From: a virus
Taxonomy: Duplodnaviria > Caudoviricetes
Length of the DNA: 43,563 bases
IMG/VR virus record: IMGVR_UViG_3300032162_000171
Span: 1 to 43,563 of that record
Direction: 5' to 3' (one strand)
Every line of letters starts with the position of its first letter. The stretch's first letter is position 1. Positions 9,153-17,747 of this stretch are shown here, one piece after another. The position numbers were made by a program, and so were the translations under genes. The notes below the pieces were generated by a model, which made no database searches, was not told the DNA's origin, and was given only the letters and a program-made list of their open reading frames with translations.

Positions 9153-9189
9153 TTGTTACATGTAGCAACTATGTTATAGTTGCTACATG
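9153..9189 (+). promoter_or_regulatory. Promoter of the HNH gene overlapped by a 14-bp-arm palindrome; probable leaderless mRNA
   Basis: TTGTTA-16 nt-TATAGT with extended TG; CATGTAGCAACTAT-GTT-ATAGTTGCTACATG ends on the ATG at 9187. Confidence 0.65.
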
Positions 9190-9762
9190 AAATGTGCATG
9201 TGGGTGTGGCGGTGAAATTCCGCCTCGAAAAACAACGTCGCGTAAAGAAGTCTCTTACTTACAGGGACATCATATGCGCGGAATAAAGCGCCCCTATCTT
9301 GCTTATGTCCCAAAGCCTGAAGAAATCCCTTCGGGACGATGCGAGTGTGGTTGCGAAAGAAAGACACCTATCGCAACCTCGACTGCCCGCAAGCATAGGC
9401 ATTTCAAAGGACACCCGATGCCTTGTGTTACCGGTCACAGCAAGGCTACTTGTGCAACAGGCGCTGCACATGCGGGCGGTAGTTGGAAGGGCGGCCGAAT
9501 CTTCAAGGATGGTTATGTCCAAGTAATCGCTTCGCAGGTCGATTCTTCCAAACGGCGATACATTTATGAGCATCGCGTAGTAATGGAAAAGATGCTTGGC
9601 CGTCCTCTTGAGCCGCACGAGCAAGTTCATCACAAGAATGGTAAGCGCGCTGATAACAGACCAGAGAATCTTGAACTGTGGCGTACAAAGTCGCAGCCCG
9701 CTGGAGTGCGCGACGGCGATTACCATTGCCCGGGATGTGTTTGCGCTAAGCCGCATAAGTGA
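9187..9762 (+). CDS. Free-standing HNH homing endonuclease
   Basis: CxCGCG repeats, [13 protein letters not shown]...[22 protein letters not shown] motif; antisense to the tail operon. Confidence 0.9.
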   Translation: MKCACGCGGEIPPRKTTSRKEVSYLQGHHMRGIKRPYLAYVPKPEEIPSGRCECGCERKTPIATSTARKHRHFKGHPMPCVTGHSKATCATGAAHAGGSWKGGRIFKDGYVQVIASQVDSSKRRYIYEHRVVMEKMLGRPLEPHEQVHHKNGKRADNRPENLELWRTKSQPAGVRDGDYHCPGCVCAKPHK

Positions 9763-9763
9763 T

Positions 9764-10198
9764 TTATGCGAAGGTTGACCTTAGAGCATCACCAGTAACC
9801 TGTAATTCCGCTGTGAACTTCGACACACCGTTGACGGGCGAGGTCTTTCCGTATTTCATCAGAAGCGCCTTGCCCGTGTACTTCGTCGAGCCTGACGCTG
9901 TCCCTTCGGGGCCGTACTCGAAATCGAAGCCTTCGTTCGACGGTTGCCCGGTCGGTTCACTGACGCCCAAAAGAGCATAAAAGTGCGCGTCGATGGCAGC
10001 GTCCCAATTGCCCTGCAAGCTGATCTTGTTATCCTTGAAGCCGACGATGTAAGTCTTCGCCGCTTGCTGAAAAGTGGTGGTGTCGATGATTTCAGCCTCG
10101 CCCGGAAAATCGACGTTGTTGAGTTTGGTTGAGATGTCCGTCAACACGTTGGCAAGCGTGTCGAGTTTGAAGCTGGTTTTGCGACCATGAATAGCCAT
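9764..10198 (-). CDS. Major tail tube protein
   Basis: 144 aa; EIIDTTTF...YIVGFKD and C-terminal FTAELQVTG typical of siphovirus tubes; position before chaperones. Confidence 0.8.
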   Translation of the reverse strand: MAIHGRKTSFKLDTLANVLTDISTKLNNVDFPGEAEIIDTTTFQQAAKTYIVGFKDNKISLQGNWDAAIDAHFYALLGVSEPTGQPSNEGFDFEYGPEGTASGSTKYTGKALLMKYGKTSPVNGVSKFTAELQVTGDALRSTFA

Positions 10199-10276
10199 GA
10201 TTTGAATTTCTCCTGAGGTGTGAGTTGAAGTCGATTAGCGCGCCCGCGCGCTTGAGATGGGAAGCGGCGGATGCTC

Positions 10277-11020
10277 TTATTTCTGGAGAGCGAAGCTGAC
10301 AACAAACGTCGCGCCGTTTGCGCCGGTGAATGTCCAGCTTGCGCGCACGTAGCGCCTGACCGCGCCGTTTGTCTCGATGCGCTCGGCTCCGGCAATGGAT
10401 GCAGCGGTGAATGAGCCGATGGTTGCCCAGCCGGTTGCGCCGTCCGCCGAATCTTCAATGATGATGTTCGCGGAAGTTGTCGCGCCAACGGCAAGCGTAT
10501 TGATTTGCGCGATGAAACCTTTTGTGGTCGCTGCTCCCATGTCGTAAGCAGGAGAGCTGCCCGCCACCGTGCGCGCCTGTTTTGTGAGGAGCAGCGGCCC
10601 CACGCTTATCCCGCGATCAGCCGTTAAATCGCTCATCACCGAAACGACGCCGTTGTAAGGCGAGGTCACGCTGTATTTGCTTTGCTTGGCGAGAAAAAAC
10701 GAAACGCTGTTGCCGAACACGGACAAGCCTTCAATCGCAATCAAAACGTTTTGCGCAATCGTATCGTCGCCGAGAATCGGGCGCAGAACATCATCCGTTT
10801 CCTTCGGATCGCTTGAGACTAACGGGTCTTTAGAGCCGAAGAGTCCCTTGAGGCTCACCTTGCCGTCGCGGTAGCCGACGATGTAGCGCTTCGATTGATT
10901 CGTAAACGTCGTGACGTCGATGATCTCCGCTTCGCCTGAAATGTCGGCTTCATTAAAGAATGCAGACAGGTCGTTTTCGTTGACGACGACGCCGGTGTTT
11001 TTTCCGTGTGTGGCAGCCAT
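10277..11020 (-). CDS. Tail tube-like protein paralog with C-terminal beta-rich extension
   Basis: N-terminal half aligns to 9764..10198 (HGK/HGR, GEAEIIDxTTF, YIVGxxD, TSPxNGV). Confidence 0.7.
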   Translation of the reverse strand: MAATHGKNTGVVVNENDLSAFFNEADISGEAEIIDVTTFTNQSKRYIVGYRDGKVSLKGLFGSKDPLVSSDPKETDDVLRPILGDDTIAQNVLIAIEGLSVFGNSVSFFLAKQSKYSVTSPYNGVVSVMSDLTADRGISVGPLLLTKQARTVAGSSPAYDMGAATTKGFIAQINTLAVGATTSANIIIEDSADGATGWATIGSFTAASIAGAERIETNGAVRRYVRASWTFTGANGATFVVSFALQK

Positions 11021-11059
11021 TGTATTGAGTCCTCGGTGAGTGAAGAAGGGTGTGAGAAA

Positions 11060-11488
11060 TTAAACGGGAGCGATGATTATTTCGACGAGAATGCCCTGCG
11101 AGTATTCATCTTTCCCGGAGTGGCCGGGCGCGATGCTATCGGGAACAATGTGCGTCCATGCACAGCTCAACACTCTGTAACCGGTAACTGTGAGCATTGC
11201 CGCGTTGATAACGCGCTTGAGGTGGCCGCATGTGATTGCTGCGAGCGTGCTGCCCGCATCCTGTTCATTATTTTCGGCGTGCGCGGTGAACTTATAAACA
11301 TAACGCTCGCTCGAAACATTGTTGTTGCCGAAAGTGTATTCGGCGTCGGCGATCACGACTTGAAACTTCGAGAGCGGAAGCGGCGTGCCTTCGTCGGCTT
11401 TCAAATGCCACATCCCGCCCGGCACCGCCGCCATGTAGGGAGCGTCGTGTGTGTAGGCGTAAACGATGGCGGCGTTCAGTGCGTCCAT
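11060..11488 (-). CDS. Putative tail terminator/completion protein
   Basis: 142 aa; call based mainly on synteny. Confidence 0.55.
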   Translation of the reverse strand: MDALNAAIVYAYTHDAPYMAAVPGGMWHLKADEGTPLPLSKFQVVIADAEYTFGNNNVSSERYVYKFTAHAENNEQDAGSTLAAITCGHLKRVINAAMLTVTGYRVLSCAWTHIVPDSIAPGHSGKDEYSQGILVEIIIAPV

Positions 11489-11491
11489 GAA

Positions 11492-11851
11492 TCAATTCAA
11501 CTCGAAAATCTTCGCAAGGTCTTCCATTAACTGGCGCTGTGTCGCCATGTAAGCGGCGAGCAGATAGGGATTGCCCGCGTAGTGCGCCGTGCCGTCGTGG
11601 ACGTAGCGCGAGTGCGGAGCCGTGTAGCGAATCGACTTGGCAACTCCGCGCTGGCGGCCGTCGCCTTTTGTATCTGCATAATCGACAATCTCGCCCGAGG
11701 CTTTGAGTTCTCCCGTATCGACGTTGACGAGAGATTGCGAGATCGCGAATGTATTGCGCGCCCATGAATTGATGGCGCGCCCGGCGCGCGGCCTCAGCGC
11801 TTGCCGCAGTTCCGGGATGCGGTTTCGCGTCTGCACCTTCATCGAGATCAT
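11492..11851 (-). CDS. HK97 gp10-like neck/tail component
   Basis: VDTGELKAS...YVHDGT...PYL motifs. Confidence 0.75.
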   Translation of the reverse strand: MISMKVQTRNRIPELRQALRPRAGRAINSWARNTFAISQSLVNVDTGELKASGEIVDYADTKGDGRQRGVAKSIRYTAPHSRYVHDGTAHYAGNPYLLAAYMATQRQLMEDLAKIFELN

Positions 11852-12252
11852 GACGCGGAAGCCTCTGCGGTAATGATGGCGATAAGCACGCCGGAGAGCG
11901 GTTCGACGCGCAAAATCTCCATGTCGATTTGCGGCACGGTGTCGCGCGCGACGAGTCGGAGCCGGTCTTTTGTTTTCACGTCAACAGTGGCGGCGCAGAC
12001 GAAACGGCGAAACACAACAGGCTTTCGTTGCTGCCCGAATTCTTCTTCAAGCGATTCCGGGTTGCGCGAGACGACGGCGTAAAAGCAGGGAATCGGGTTT
12101 GTAGTGGTTGCGGCAAACGATTTCACAGTCGCGCCGCGATTGTTTGGTGTCGCGGTTTCCCTGAGCACGAAAAAGGAATCCGTGCCGAGTTTGTCGATGG
12201 TCTTCGCCGCAGTCTGCGCGAGCCGCCCGAGTGTGTTGGCGAGTGAACCCAT
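11848..12252 (-). CDS. Putative head closure protein
   Basis: 134 aa, DVKTKDRL motif, synteny. Confidence 0.55.
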   Translation of the reverse strand: MGSLANTLGRLAQTAAKTIDKLGTDSFFVLRETATPNNRGATVKSFAATTTNPIPCFYAVVSRNPESLEEEFGQQRKPVVFRRFVCAATVDVKTKDRLRLVARDTVPQIDMEILRVEPLSGVLIAIITAEASAS

Positions 12253-12255
12253 AGC

Positions 12256-12786
12256 TTAACAGCGCACGAGCCGCGTCATGCCCGGCCCCGACAAAATATA
12301 TTCGTAGAAAATGTTGACGACGCGTTCCGGGATGCGGTCGTCACTCGGCAATTGATCGCGCATTTCCAGTTCAACCGCTCCGGCAATTCGGAGATGGGTA
12401 AACTGTCGCAAACTTTCATCGACAACTGCCGTCGGGTCTTGCTTGAGGTAGTAGAGCGCGAGTTCCGCTGTCGCCATTTTCATCTGCTCGATAATGGAAT
12501 TCGCGGAATAGTAAAAGCCTTCGGGAGTCGTGAGGCCGTAGCGCGGATGCTTCAATCGCTGGCCTGTGTAAGCGGAGCGATGGCCTTTGTATTCGTAGCG
12601 TTCGAGCCTGCGCGTCGCTTTCACGAGCGCCTGTTTTTTTTTCAACAAATCGGCGGCGACTGAATTATTAAGCACAGTCCATTCGTCCGCGTAGAGTTCG
12701 CCCGCGAGATAATCGTCGGCGAACTCTACCGTGCAATATGAATTGGCTGTCGCGCCGCCCAAAGTTGCGTCGAATACAAAGGCCAT
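12256..12786 (-). CDS. Head-tail adaptor (DnaT-like phage family)
   Basis: ANSYCTVEFADDY...ALVKATRRLE...YKG...QRLKHPR...ATAELAL pattern. Confidence 0.75.
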   Translation of the reverse strand: MAFVFDATLGGATANSYCTVEFADDYLAGELYADEWTVLNNSVAADLLKKKQALVKATRRLERYEYKGHRSAYTGQRLKHPRYGLTTPEGFYYSANSIIEQMKMATAELALYYLKQDPTAVVDESLRQFTHLRIAGAVELEMRDQLPSDDRIPERVVNIFYEYILSGPGMTRLVRC

Positions 12787-12811
12787 TGATTGAGTGTTGC
12801 TCCGCGCTTAA

Positions 12812-13087
12812 TTACTTGGCTGTTTCCTTCGCTGTGCCTTTGGTTTTGTCCTCGACAACGACGACGGGCGTCGGGTTGAGGGGAGCGGGCGGCGCGATTG
12901 ATTTTTCGTATTCAGCCTGCGCTTTTTCGGCTTGCTCCGCCGGAACCGCGCTGTAAAAGCGCTCAACGATGGGGCCGACGGCGGTTACTTCGCTGTCTTC
13001 GACGAGAATCTTGCCGTCAACGAAATCGAAGCTGCCGAGGCGAACGCTTTTGCCGTGATTCGGCCCGACGAGTCTGTATTCCTTCAT
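12812..13087 (-). CDS. Hypothetical head-associated protein
   Basis: 91 aa directly after the capsid gene, GGAG RBS. Confidence 0.7.
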   Translation of the reverse strand: MKEYRLVGPNHGKSVRLGSFDFVDGKILVEDSEVTAVGPIVERFYSAVPAEQAEKAQAEYEKSIAPPAPLNPTPVVVVEDKTKGTAKETAK

Positions 13088-13159
13088 GATGTATTAGTCT
13101 CCGGTGATAGGTTTCAAAAGAATAGGTTTCAAAGGTAAGAGTTGAAACCTGAAAGAAGG

Positions 13160-13201
13160 GCGGAGGGACGCGCGCGTAGTTTGCCGTCTGCGTCCCTCCG
13201 C
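13160..13201 (-). terminator. Hairpin downstream of the major capsid gene
   Basis: GCGGAGGGACGC...GCGTCCCTCCGC stem followed by CCTTCTTT on the minus strand. Confidence 0.5.
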
Positions 13202-13274
13202 TGTTCGGTGTAAGTGCGTGTGAGGTTTAAGCGTGAACACAAACACCGAAAGCGAGATGTGGATTCAGATTCTC

Positions 13275-14192
13275 TTAGTTGAGAATGCCCTTCGCGATGG
13301 CGAGGCCGTTGGCGGAGTAGAGCGCGAGGCCGGTATACCACTTGACGCGCGTGATGCGCTCGTCCTTCGTTTCCGACTCGCCAACGTCCACAACTTGAAT
13401 TCCCGCTGCGTCCGCCGCCGTCAGCCCGGCGATGCCGTGCATCATCGAACCATCGTCAACCGTGCCTGCGAGAATCGAGGTGCAGGTCGTGGCTGTACCC
13501 TGCGTCTGGTTCGTCGGAATGTAATCGTTGCGCAGAACCGGGATACCGCGATACTGCGGCACGCGGCGACCCGAAGGCAGCGTCAAGACTTCATTGATCG
13601 ACGCGCCGCCAAGCGCTCGAATCTGCGCATAAAACGCGCGGATCGTGCGCGCGTTCATCGCGAAGAAATCGAGTTCGCCGTCCTTGTCCGTGACGAGATC
13701 GATCAGTTGATCGAGAATCGACAAATCGAAGTTCGCGCCGTTTGTCCCGGCGGCGAACACTTTGCTTGAGCTGGCGAGCGACAGTAGGCCCGGGAACTCG
13801 TCGCCGCTGCCTGTGCCGTTAATCAGCATGTCCTGATATTTGCGACCGCAGGATTTGGCCTTTGAGGAAATCTGCTGTGCCTGTTGATTAGTGCGATTCG
13901 AGCGCGTGGCTTGAATCAAACCGTTCACTTCGGCGTCGCCGAGAATGGTTGTGAGATTGGAATTGACGGAGGTGAAGGTCGCGGGATTCTTCGCCGTAAT
14001 CACGGTTCCGACGCCAGCGACTTGCACATCGCCGAGCACGTTTTCACGGTTGTATTTCAGCGAGTTGCCTTCGATGCCCTCGAAAGGCAGCACATCGAAC
14101 ATTTGATTAACAGTGACGATGTCTTCGATGACGCCCTGAATTAGCATGTCCTGCGCGAGCTTGGCGCTCTCCGCGAGTGTTACAGATGCCAT
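13275..14192 (-). CDS. Major capsid protein (HK97 fold)
   Basis: 305 aa; MASVTLAESAKL, LPFEGIEGNSLKYNRE, RVKWYTGLAL; strong AGGAG RBS; follows the scaffold. Confidence 0.9.
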   Translation of the reverse strand: MASVTLAESAKLAQDMLIQGVIEDIVTVNQMFDVLPFEGIEGNSLKYNRENVLGDVQVAGVGTVITAKNPATFTSVNSNLTTILGDAEVNGLIQATRSNRTNQQAQQISSKAKSCGRKYQDMLINGTGSGDEFPGLLSLASSSKVFAAGTNGANFDLSILDQLIDLVTDKDGELDFFAMNARTIRAFYAQIRALGGASINEVLTLPSGRRVPQYRGIPVLRNDYIPTNQTQGTATTCTSILAGTVDDGSMMHGIAGLTAADAAGIQVVDVGESETKDERITRVKWYTGLALYSANGLAIAKGILN

Positions 14193-14283
14193 GTTTTTCT
14201 AAACTCCTAGTGAGAAATGGTGGGTTGAGGTGAGAGCGACAAACTCCAGCGGGACATGAAGAACAAGTAGAGTGAGACACGCC

Positions 14284-15054
14284 TTAGCGCCCGCGCTGTG
14301 CGAGGCCTTGCGCGATCTTGTCGGTTGAACTCATTTCGCTGGCATTGCGCTGATGAGAGGTAGTGCGGTTCTGCTGATTGCTGGGCGCGCCGGAGCCGCC
14401 CTTGCCCGATGCTTTGAAGAGACCCATAAAGGCAGGCTTCTTTTTGAACTCCTCGACGAGCTGCTCGACGTTCATAAAGTCTGCGCCCGCATAGCGCGGA
14501 GCCTTCGCGCCGTCAACGATGCGCGTTGCGAACTTTCGCTCGTCGCCGTCGCCTTCTTCGACCAAGTCCATCGCCGCCGTGATGTGCGGCAATAGTGCTT
14601 CGACTTCGCCGCCCGCTTTCTCGATGGCGAGCGAGGCAGTCGTGTTAATCATCACGTTGCGAAGATTTTTGGTGAGAAATTCTTCGCGCTGCGCGGCGGT
14701 GGTTTTGAGGTTGTCGATTTCGCGTTGATTGCTCGTTTTGAGAGATTCGATCTGCGATTGGCGGCGCTCGTCTTCGGTCTTTTTACTGTCTTCGGTTTGC
14801 TGATGCTTTTCGACAATCGCTTTGATCTCGTCGGCAGTTTTACCGAGTCCTTCAAACGGTTTCAGCGCATCGGCTTTCGCCTGTTTCTCACGGAGAATTT
14901 CGGCGTTCTTCGTTGTCAGCGACGTGCGCTCGGCAACGACTGCCGGGTGCAGCTTGTATGTCGTGGCATCGCCTTCGCCCGTCTTGATATAGAGCGAGCG
15001 GTTTTGCTCGTCAAGCGTTCCTAGTTCCTGTTCGTTTACTTCGTCTTTTAACAT
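14284..15054 (-). CDS. Capsid scaffolding protein
   Basis: 256 aa charged coiled coil ending FKASGKGGSGA...KIAQGL; AAGGAG RBS before ATG 15054. Confidence 0.8.
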   Translation of the reverse strand: MLKDEVNEQELGTLDEQNRSLYIKTGEGDATTYKLHPAVVAERTSLTTKNAEILREKQAKADALKPFEGLGKTADEIKAIVEKHQQTEDSKKTEDERRQSQIESLKTSNQREIDNLKTTAAQREEFLTKNLRNVMINTTASLAIEKAGGEVEALLPHITAAMDLVEEGDGDERKFATRIVDGAKAPRYAGADFMNVEQLVEEFKKKPAFMGLFKASGKGGSGAPSNQQNRTTSHQRNASEMSSTDKIAQGLAQRGR

Positions 15055-15307
15055 CGGTGGGTTTGTCTCCTTGCGCCACTGGCGCGGCAGGCGTGCGCTC
15101 ACAGAGCGCGGATGAATTGGTGAGTGTGAGAATGTGTTCGAGCACAGCCCGAACGGTGAGAGTGGCTTCCGTTGTTGAAAACACAAAAACGCCCGCCACG
15201 TTCGACGTGGAAGGCGCGTGGCCTTCGAGGTCAAACATGACGGGCGTGATTTTCGACGGGGAAGCGAGCGATCCCTTTCGGGATGGGGCGCTTTCAAAGC
15301 GTGTGAC

Positions 15308-15502
15308 CTAAGAGTTAGGCGAGACGCTGTTGCCGTCTGGCAATGAAGCCCTTTGAATTGTCAGCAGCTTTTGCTCTAGGCGGTGAAGCGCGGCGGCTTC
15401 GGCCAGTTTCGAGCGACGCTGGGCGCGCGTGCAATCGACGAGCGCGGATATGAGAATATCATAATTTCCAGAAAGCGCAAGGGTATCTTTTAATTCGGGC
15501 AT
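15308..15502 (-). CDS. Small hypothetical protein
   Basis: 64 aa from ATG 15502, helical-looking; weak RBS. Confidence 0.45.
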   Translation of the reverse strand: MPELKDTLALSGNYDILISALVDCTRAQRRSKLAEAAALHRLEQKLLTIQRASLPDGNSVSPNS

Positions 15503-15557
15503 AATTCGGGTTGTGAGTAACCGGAAGAAATGAATTAGGCGAGCAAACGAACGGAGA

Positions 15558-15854
15558 CTAGGAGGCGATGACGGAGGATGCGGAGCGTGAGAAATCAACA
15601 AGAGTAACGGGAAAATCGGGCGTGGCAGGATTCTTGCTCAAGATAAGCTGAACCGAATCGCCTGTTTGAAATTCGTTTTTGAGGCGGGTGAGATGTCCGG
15701 GATAACGAATTAACACTGATGCTGCGATAAGTCTAGTGTGACCGCCCGGGCTTGTCGCTTTGACCGTGTACGTTAAGCAAGGAAGCGGAGTGCTTTCAAA
15801 TTTAACGATGTCGCCAAATATGGCAAGCACTGTAATAGTTTTGTTTTCTAGCAT
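15558..15854 (-). CDS. Small protein coupled to the MuF-like gene (possible partner/immunity protein)
   Basis: TAATG overlap, GGAGG RBS, AT-rich like the upstream C-terminal domain. Confidence 0.65.
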   Translation of the reverse strand: MLENKTITVLAIFGDIVKFESTPLPCLTYTVKATSPGGHTRLIAASVLIRYPGHLTRLKNEFQTGDSVQLILSKNPATPDFPVTLVDFSRSASSVIAS

Positions 15855-16924
15855 TATCCACCTCCTTTCTTGGAAAGCCTTTTATTGATTGCAGGCACAT
15901 TCGGCGGCATCGTTCCTGTTCCGCCGGTAGCAATCGCTTCTTTTCGTTTCAAATCAAAAATAGCAATCTGATTATACATACGTCCGAGTTCTTCGGCCAG
16001 TTTCCTATCATTTAACGTGGCGACAACATCAATGTATGTCGCATCGCTTTTTTCTTCATACCATGTACCAACAGAATTACGTGGGTCGCGCAGTAAGTCT
16101 CGATGCTTATCAATGAATTCCCTGATGGTTTTAGCGTCCAAATTGCGACCAAATTCAAAGGTGCTAATCTGTGGCTCCGGGTACAAAGAAACAGAATAAT
16201 AATCTTGCCCGAGAAGATCGCCTTCATACATATTGAAGGTAGAGTCGCCATTCTTATTGTGCGTTTCAGCAATATCCTTAGCCATGCGTGCAATGCTCGA
16301 AACCTTGTATTCAATCGAGCAATGGCAAAACCACTTACATTCCTTTGAACCGATAGGCGCAATCTCGTCGAGCGGCATGAAATCTTTGCTTGCCTCGCTC
16401 GAACAGCCCGAACAATGCTCAGTGCCGACCGCGCCCATCACGCGCCGTGCAAGAACAAAGTTCCCTGTCTCTTTCATGCGCCGGTTGGTGAGTTCCCAAA
16501 ATAAAGTTTGAGAACTGGCGGCATACGCGCGTGCGCTCGTGCGAAGTCGTCCCGATTGCGCGGAGAGATGTCCGTTTGCGATCTTCGTTCCAAGTTCATT
16601 GAGGTAGCTGTATTCGCGCCGGAGCCGCGCGCCGACTTCGCCCCACCGCCTTGCATCCATCTGCGTAAGGCCGCCGTTGGCAGAAATGGCTGTCGCAATG
16701 TTAAGGCTCTTGACCTCCTGCATCATCGCAAGTTTGAAATCAGGAAGCGTAATCTCACCACGCGCAAACGCTTCTGTTATTTTCAACATGCGCTGCTGAC
16801 TGACTTGCACGACCCTTTGCGTCTCCTGAAATACTTTGCGGTGCGCGACAAAGCGCCCCGTCGATGATTCGCGGAAACGCAGGCTTGGGCTATCCCATGT
16901 AAAGGATGACTTGCCTTGAGGCAT
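15854..16924 (-). CDS. Minor head (MuF-like) protein with an extra C-terminal domain
   Basis: EHCSGC...PIGSKECKWFCHCSIEY Cys motif typical of MuF-like head morphogenesis proteins, then about 150 aa of AT-richer domain. Confidence 0.7.
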   Translation of the reverse strand: MPQGKSSFTWDSPSLRFRESSTGRFVAHRKVFQETQRVVQVSQQRMLKITEAFARGEITLPDFKLAMMQEVKSLNIATAISANGGLTQMDARRWGEVGARLRREYSYLNELGTKIANGHLSAQSGRLRTSARAYAASSQTLFWELTNRRMKETGNFVLARRVMGAVGTEHCSGCSSEASKDFMPLDEIAPIGSKECKWFCHCSIEYKVSSIARMAKDIAETHNKNGDSTFNMYEGDLLGQDYYSVSLYPEPQISTFEFGRNLDAKTIREFIDKHRDLLRDPRNSVGTWYEEKSDATYIDVVATLNDRKLAEELGRMYNQIAIFDLKRKEAIATGGTGTMPPNVPAINKRLSKKGGG

Positions 16925-16979
16925 GAAGTGAGAACGCAGACGAAGAGGTTGTAAAGAGGAACTGCGTTGAGAGGTAAAT

Positions 16980-17540
16980 CTATCGGCGGGAAGTGTTAAG
17001 GATGGTGAAGGGAGCGCGGACAGCAGAATCACACTCGGCGGCGGCTTCGAGCGCGAGCGTCAAGCGTTGTACCGGGCGCAGCCGCTTCTTTTGACGATTG
17101 AGAACATACAAAGCGCCGCGCGCGACTTGCGTGCCGCTGCCGACGGCGTAGAAATCGTTGTTCAGGTGGCCGATCTGAAAATCTGGATAGATGCTCCATA
17201 TGCGGTCTCGCCATGCAACGAGAAACGATTCAATACCTTCTTCCTGACCACTTGTAAACGACATATATCCGGCGGCGCGGACGCACTCGCGAAGTTTCTT
17301 GATCCACACAGTGACGATGAAGCGGTCAATGTCCATGCAATCAACCGGCACGGGCGGCGGCTCGAAGTCATACCGTAGAATCTGCATTCCGCGAAACGAA
17401 CCGGAGCAACCGAACAGGTATTTGCCATTAAAGAAGATTTTCGAGTTTGGGCGCGATTCAATATAAGTGCCCATGCTTCCGGCGCTGTCGGCACCAATGA
17501 AGGCTTGCCCGTTTTCAATGAATCCGGCAACCCATGTCAT
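16980..17540 (-). CDS. Ntn-hydrolase, HslV/proteasome beta-subunit-like peptidase
   Basis: Thr at position 2 (MTWVAG...IGADS), KIF, and FYAVGSG...ARGAL motifs. Confidence 0.8.
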   Translation of the reverse strand: MTWVAGFIENGQAFIGADSAGSMGTYIESRPNSKIFFNGKYLFGCSGSFRGMQILRYDFEPPPVPVDCMDIDRFIVTVWIKKLRECVRAAGYMSFTSGQEEGIESFLVAWRDRIWSIYPDFQIGHLNNDFYAVGSGTQVARGALYVLNRQKKRLRPVQRLTLALEAAAECDSAVRAPFTILNTSRR

Positions 17541-17716
17541 ATAGTTTTCGCCTCGCTTCTTTCTTTCTTCGCAGGAGTGGCTTCAGCTTGCACCATGTCG
17601 GCCAACTCCGGGCTTGCTTCCTCAATAAGTGCAAGTGCGCGTGCCACGTCCGAGCGCTGTACGCGGCTTGCGAGTTCTATTTGTTGAGATGACCAACGTG
17701 GATCGGCTTGCTTCAT
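17537..17716 (-). CDS. Small hypothetical protein
   Basis: 59 aa between portal and peptidase, ATGA overlap with the next gene. Confidence 0.5.
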   Translation of the reverse strand: MKQADPRWSSQQIELASRVQRSDVARALALIEEASPELADMVQAEATPAKKERSEAKTI

Positions 17717-17747
17717 AAAAACCACACAAGGAGACTGTCTGATTTAC

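Noticed and set aside
9110-9793. Group I/II intron explanation for the two 3'-end HNH insertions
   Set aside because: Almost all inserted sequence is HNH coding, leaving no room for a ribozyme core, and the upstream genes already have complete ends with stops
13108-13149. TAGGTTTCAAA repeated twice plus an inverted TTGAAACCT as a CRISPR-like mini-array
   Set aside because: Units are too short and too close together for repeat-spacer structure
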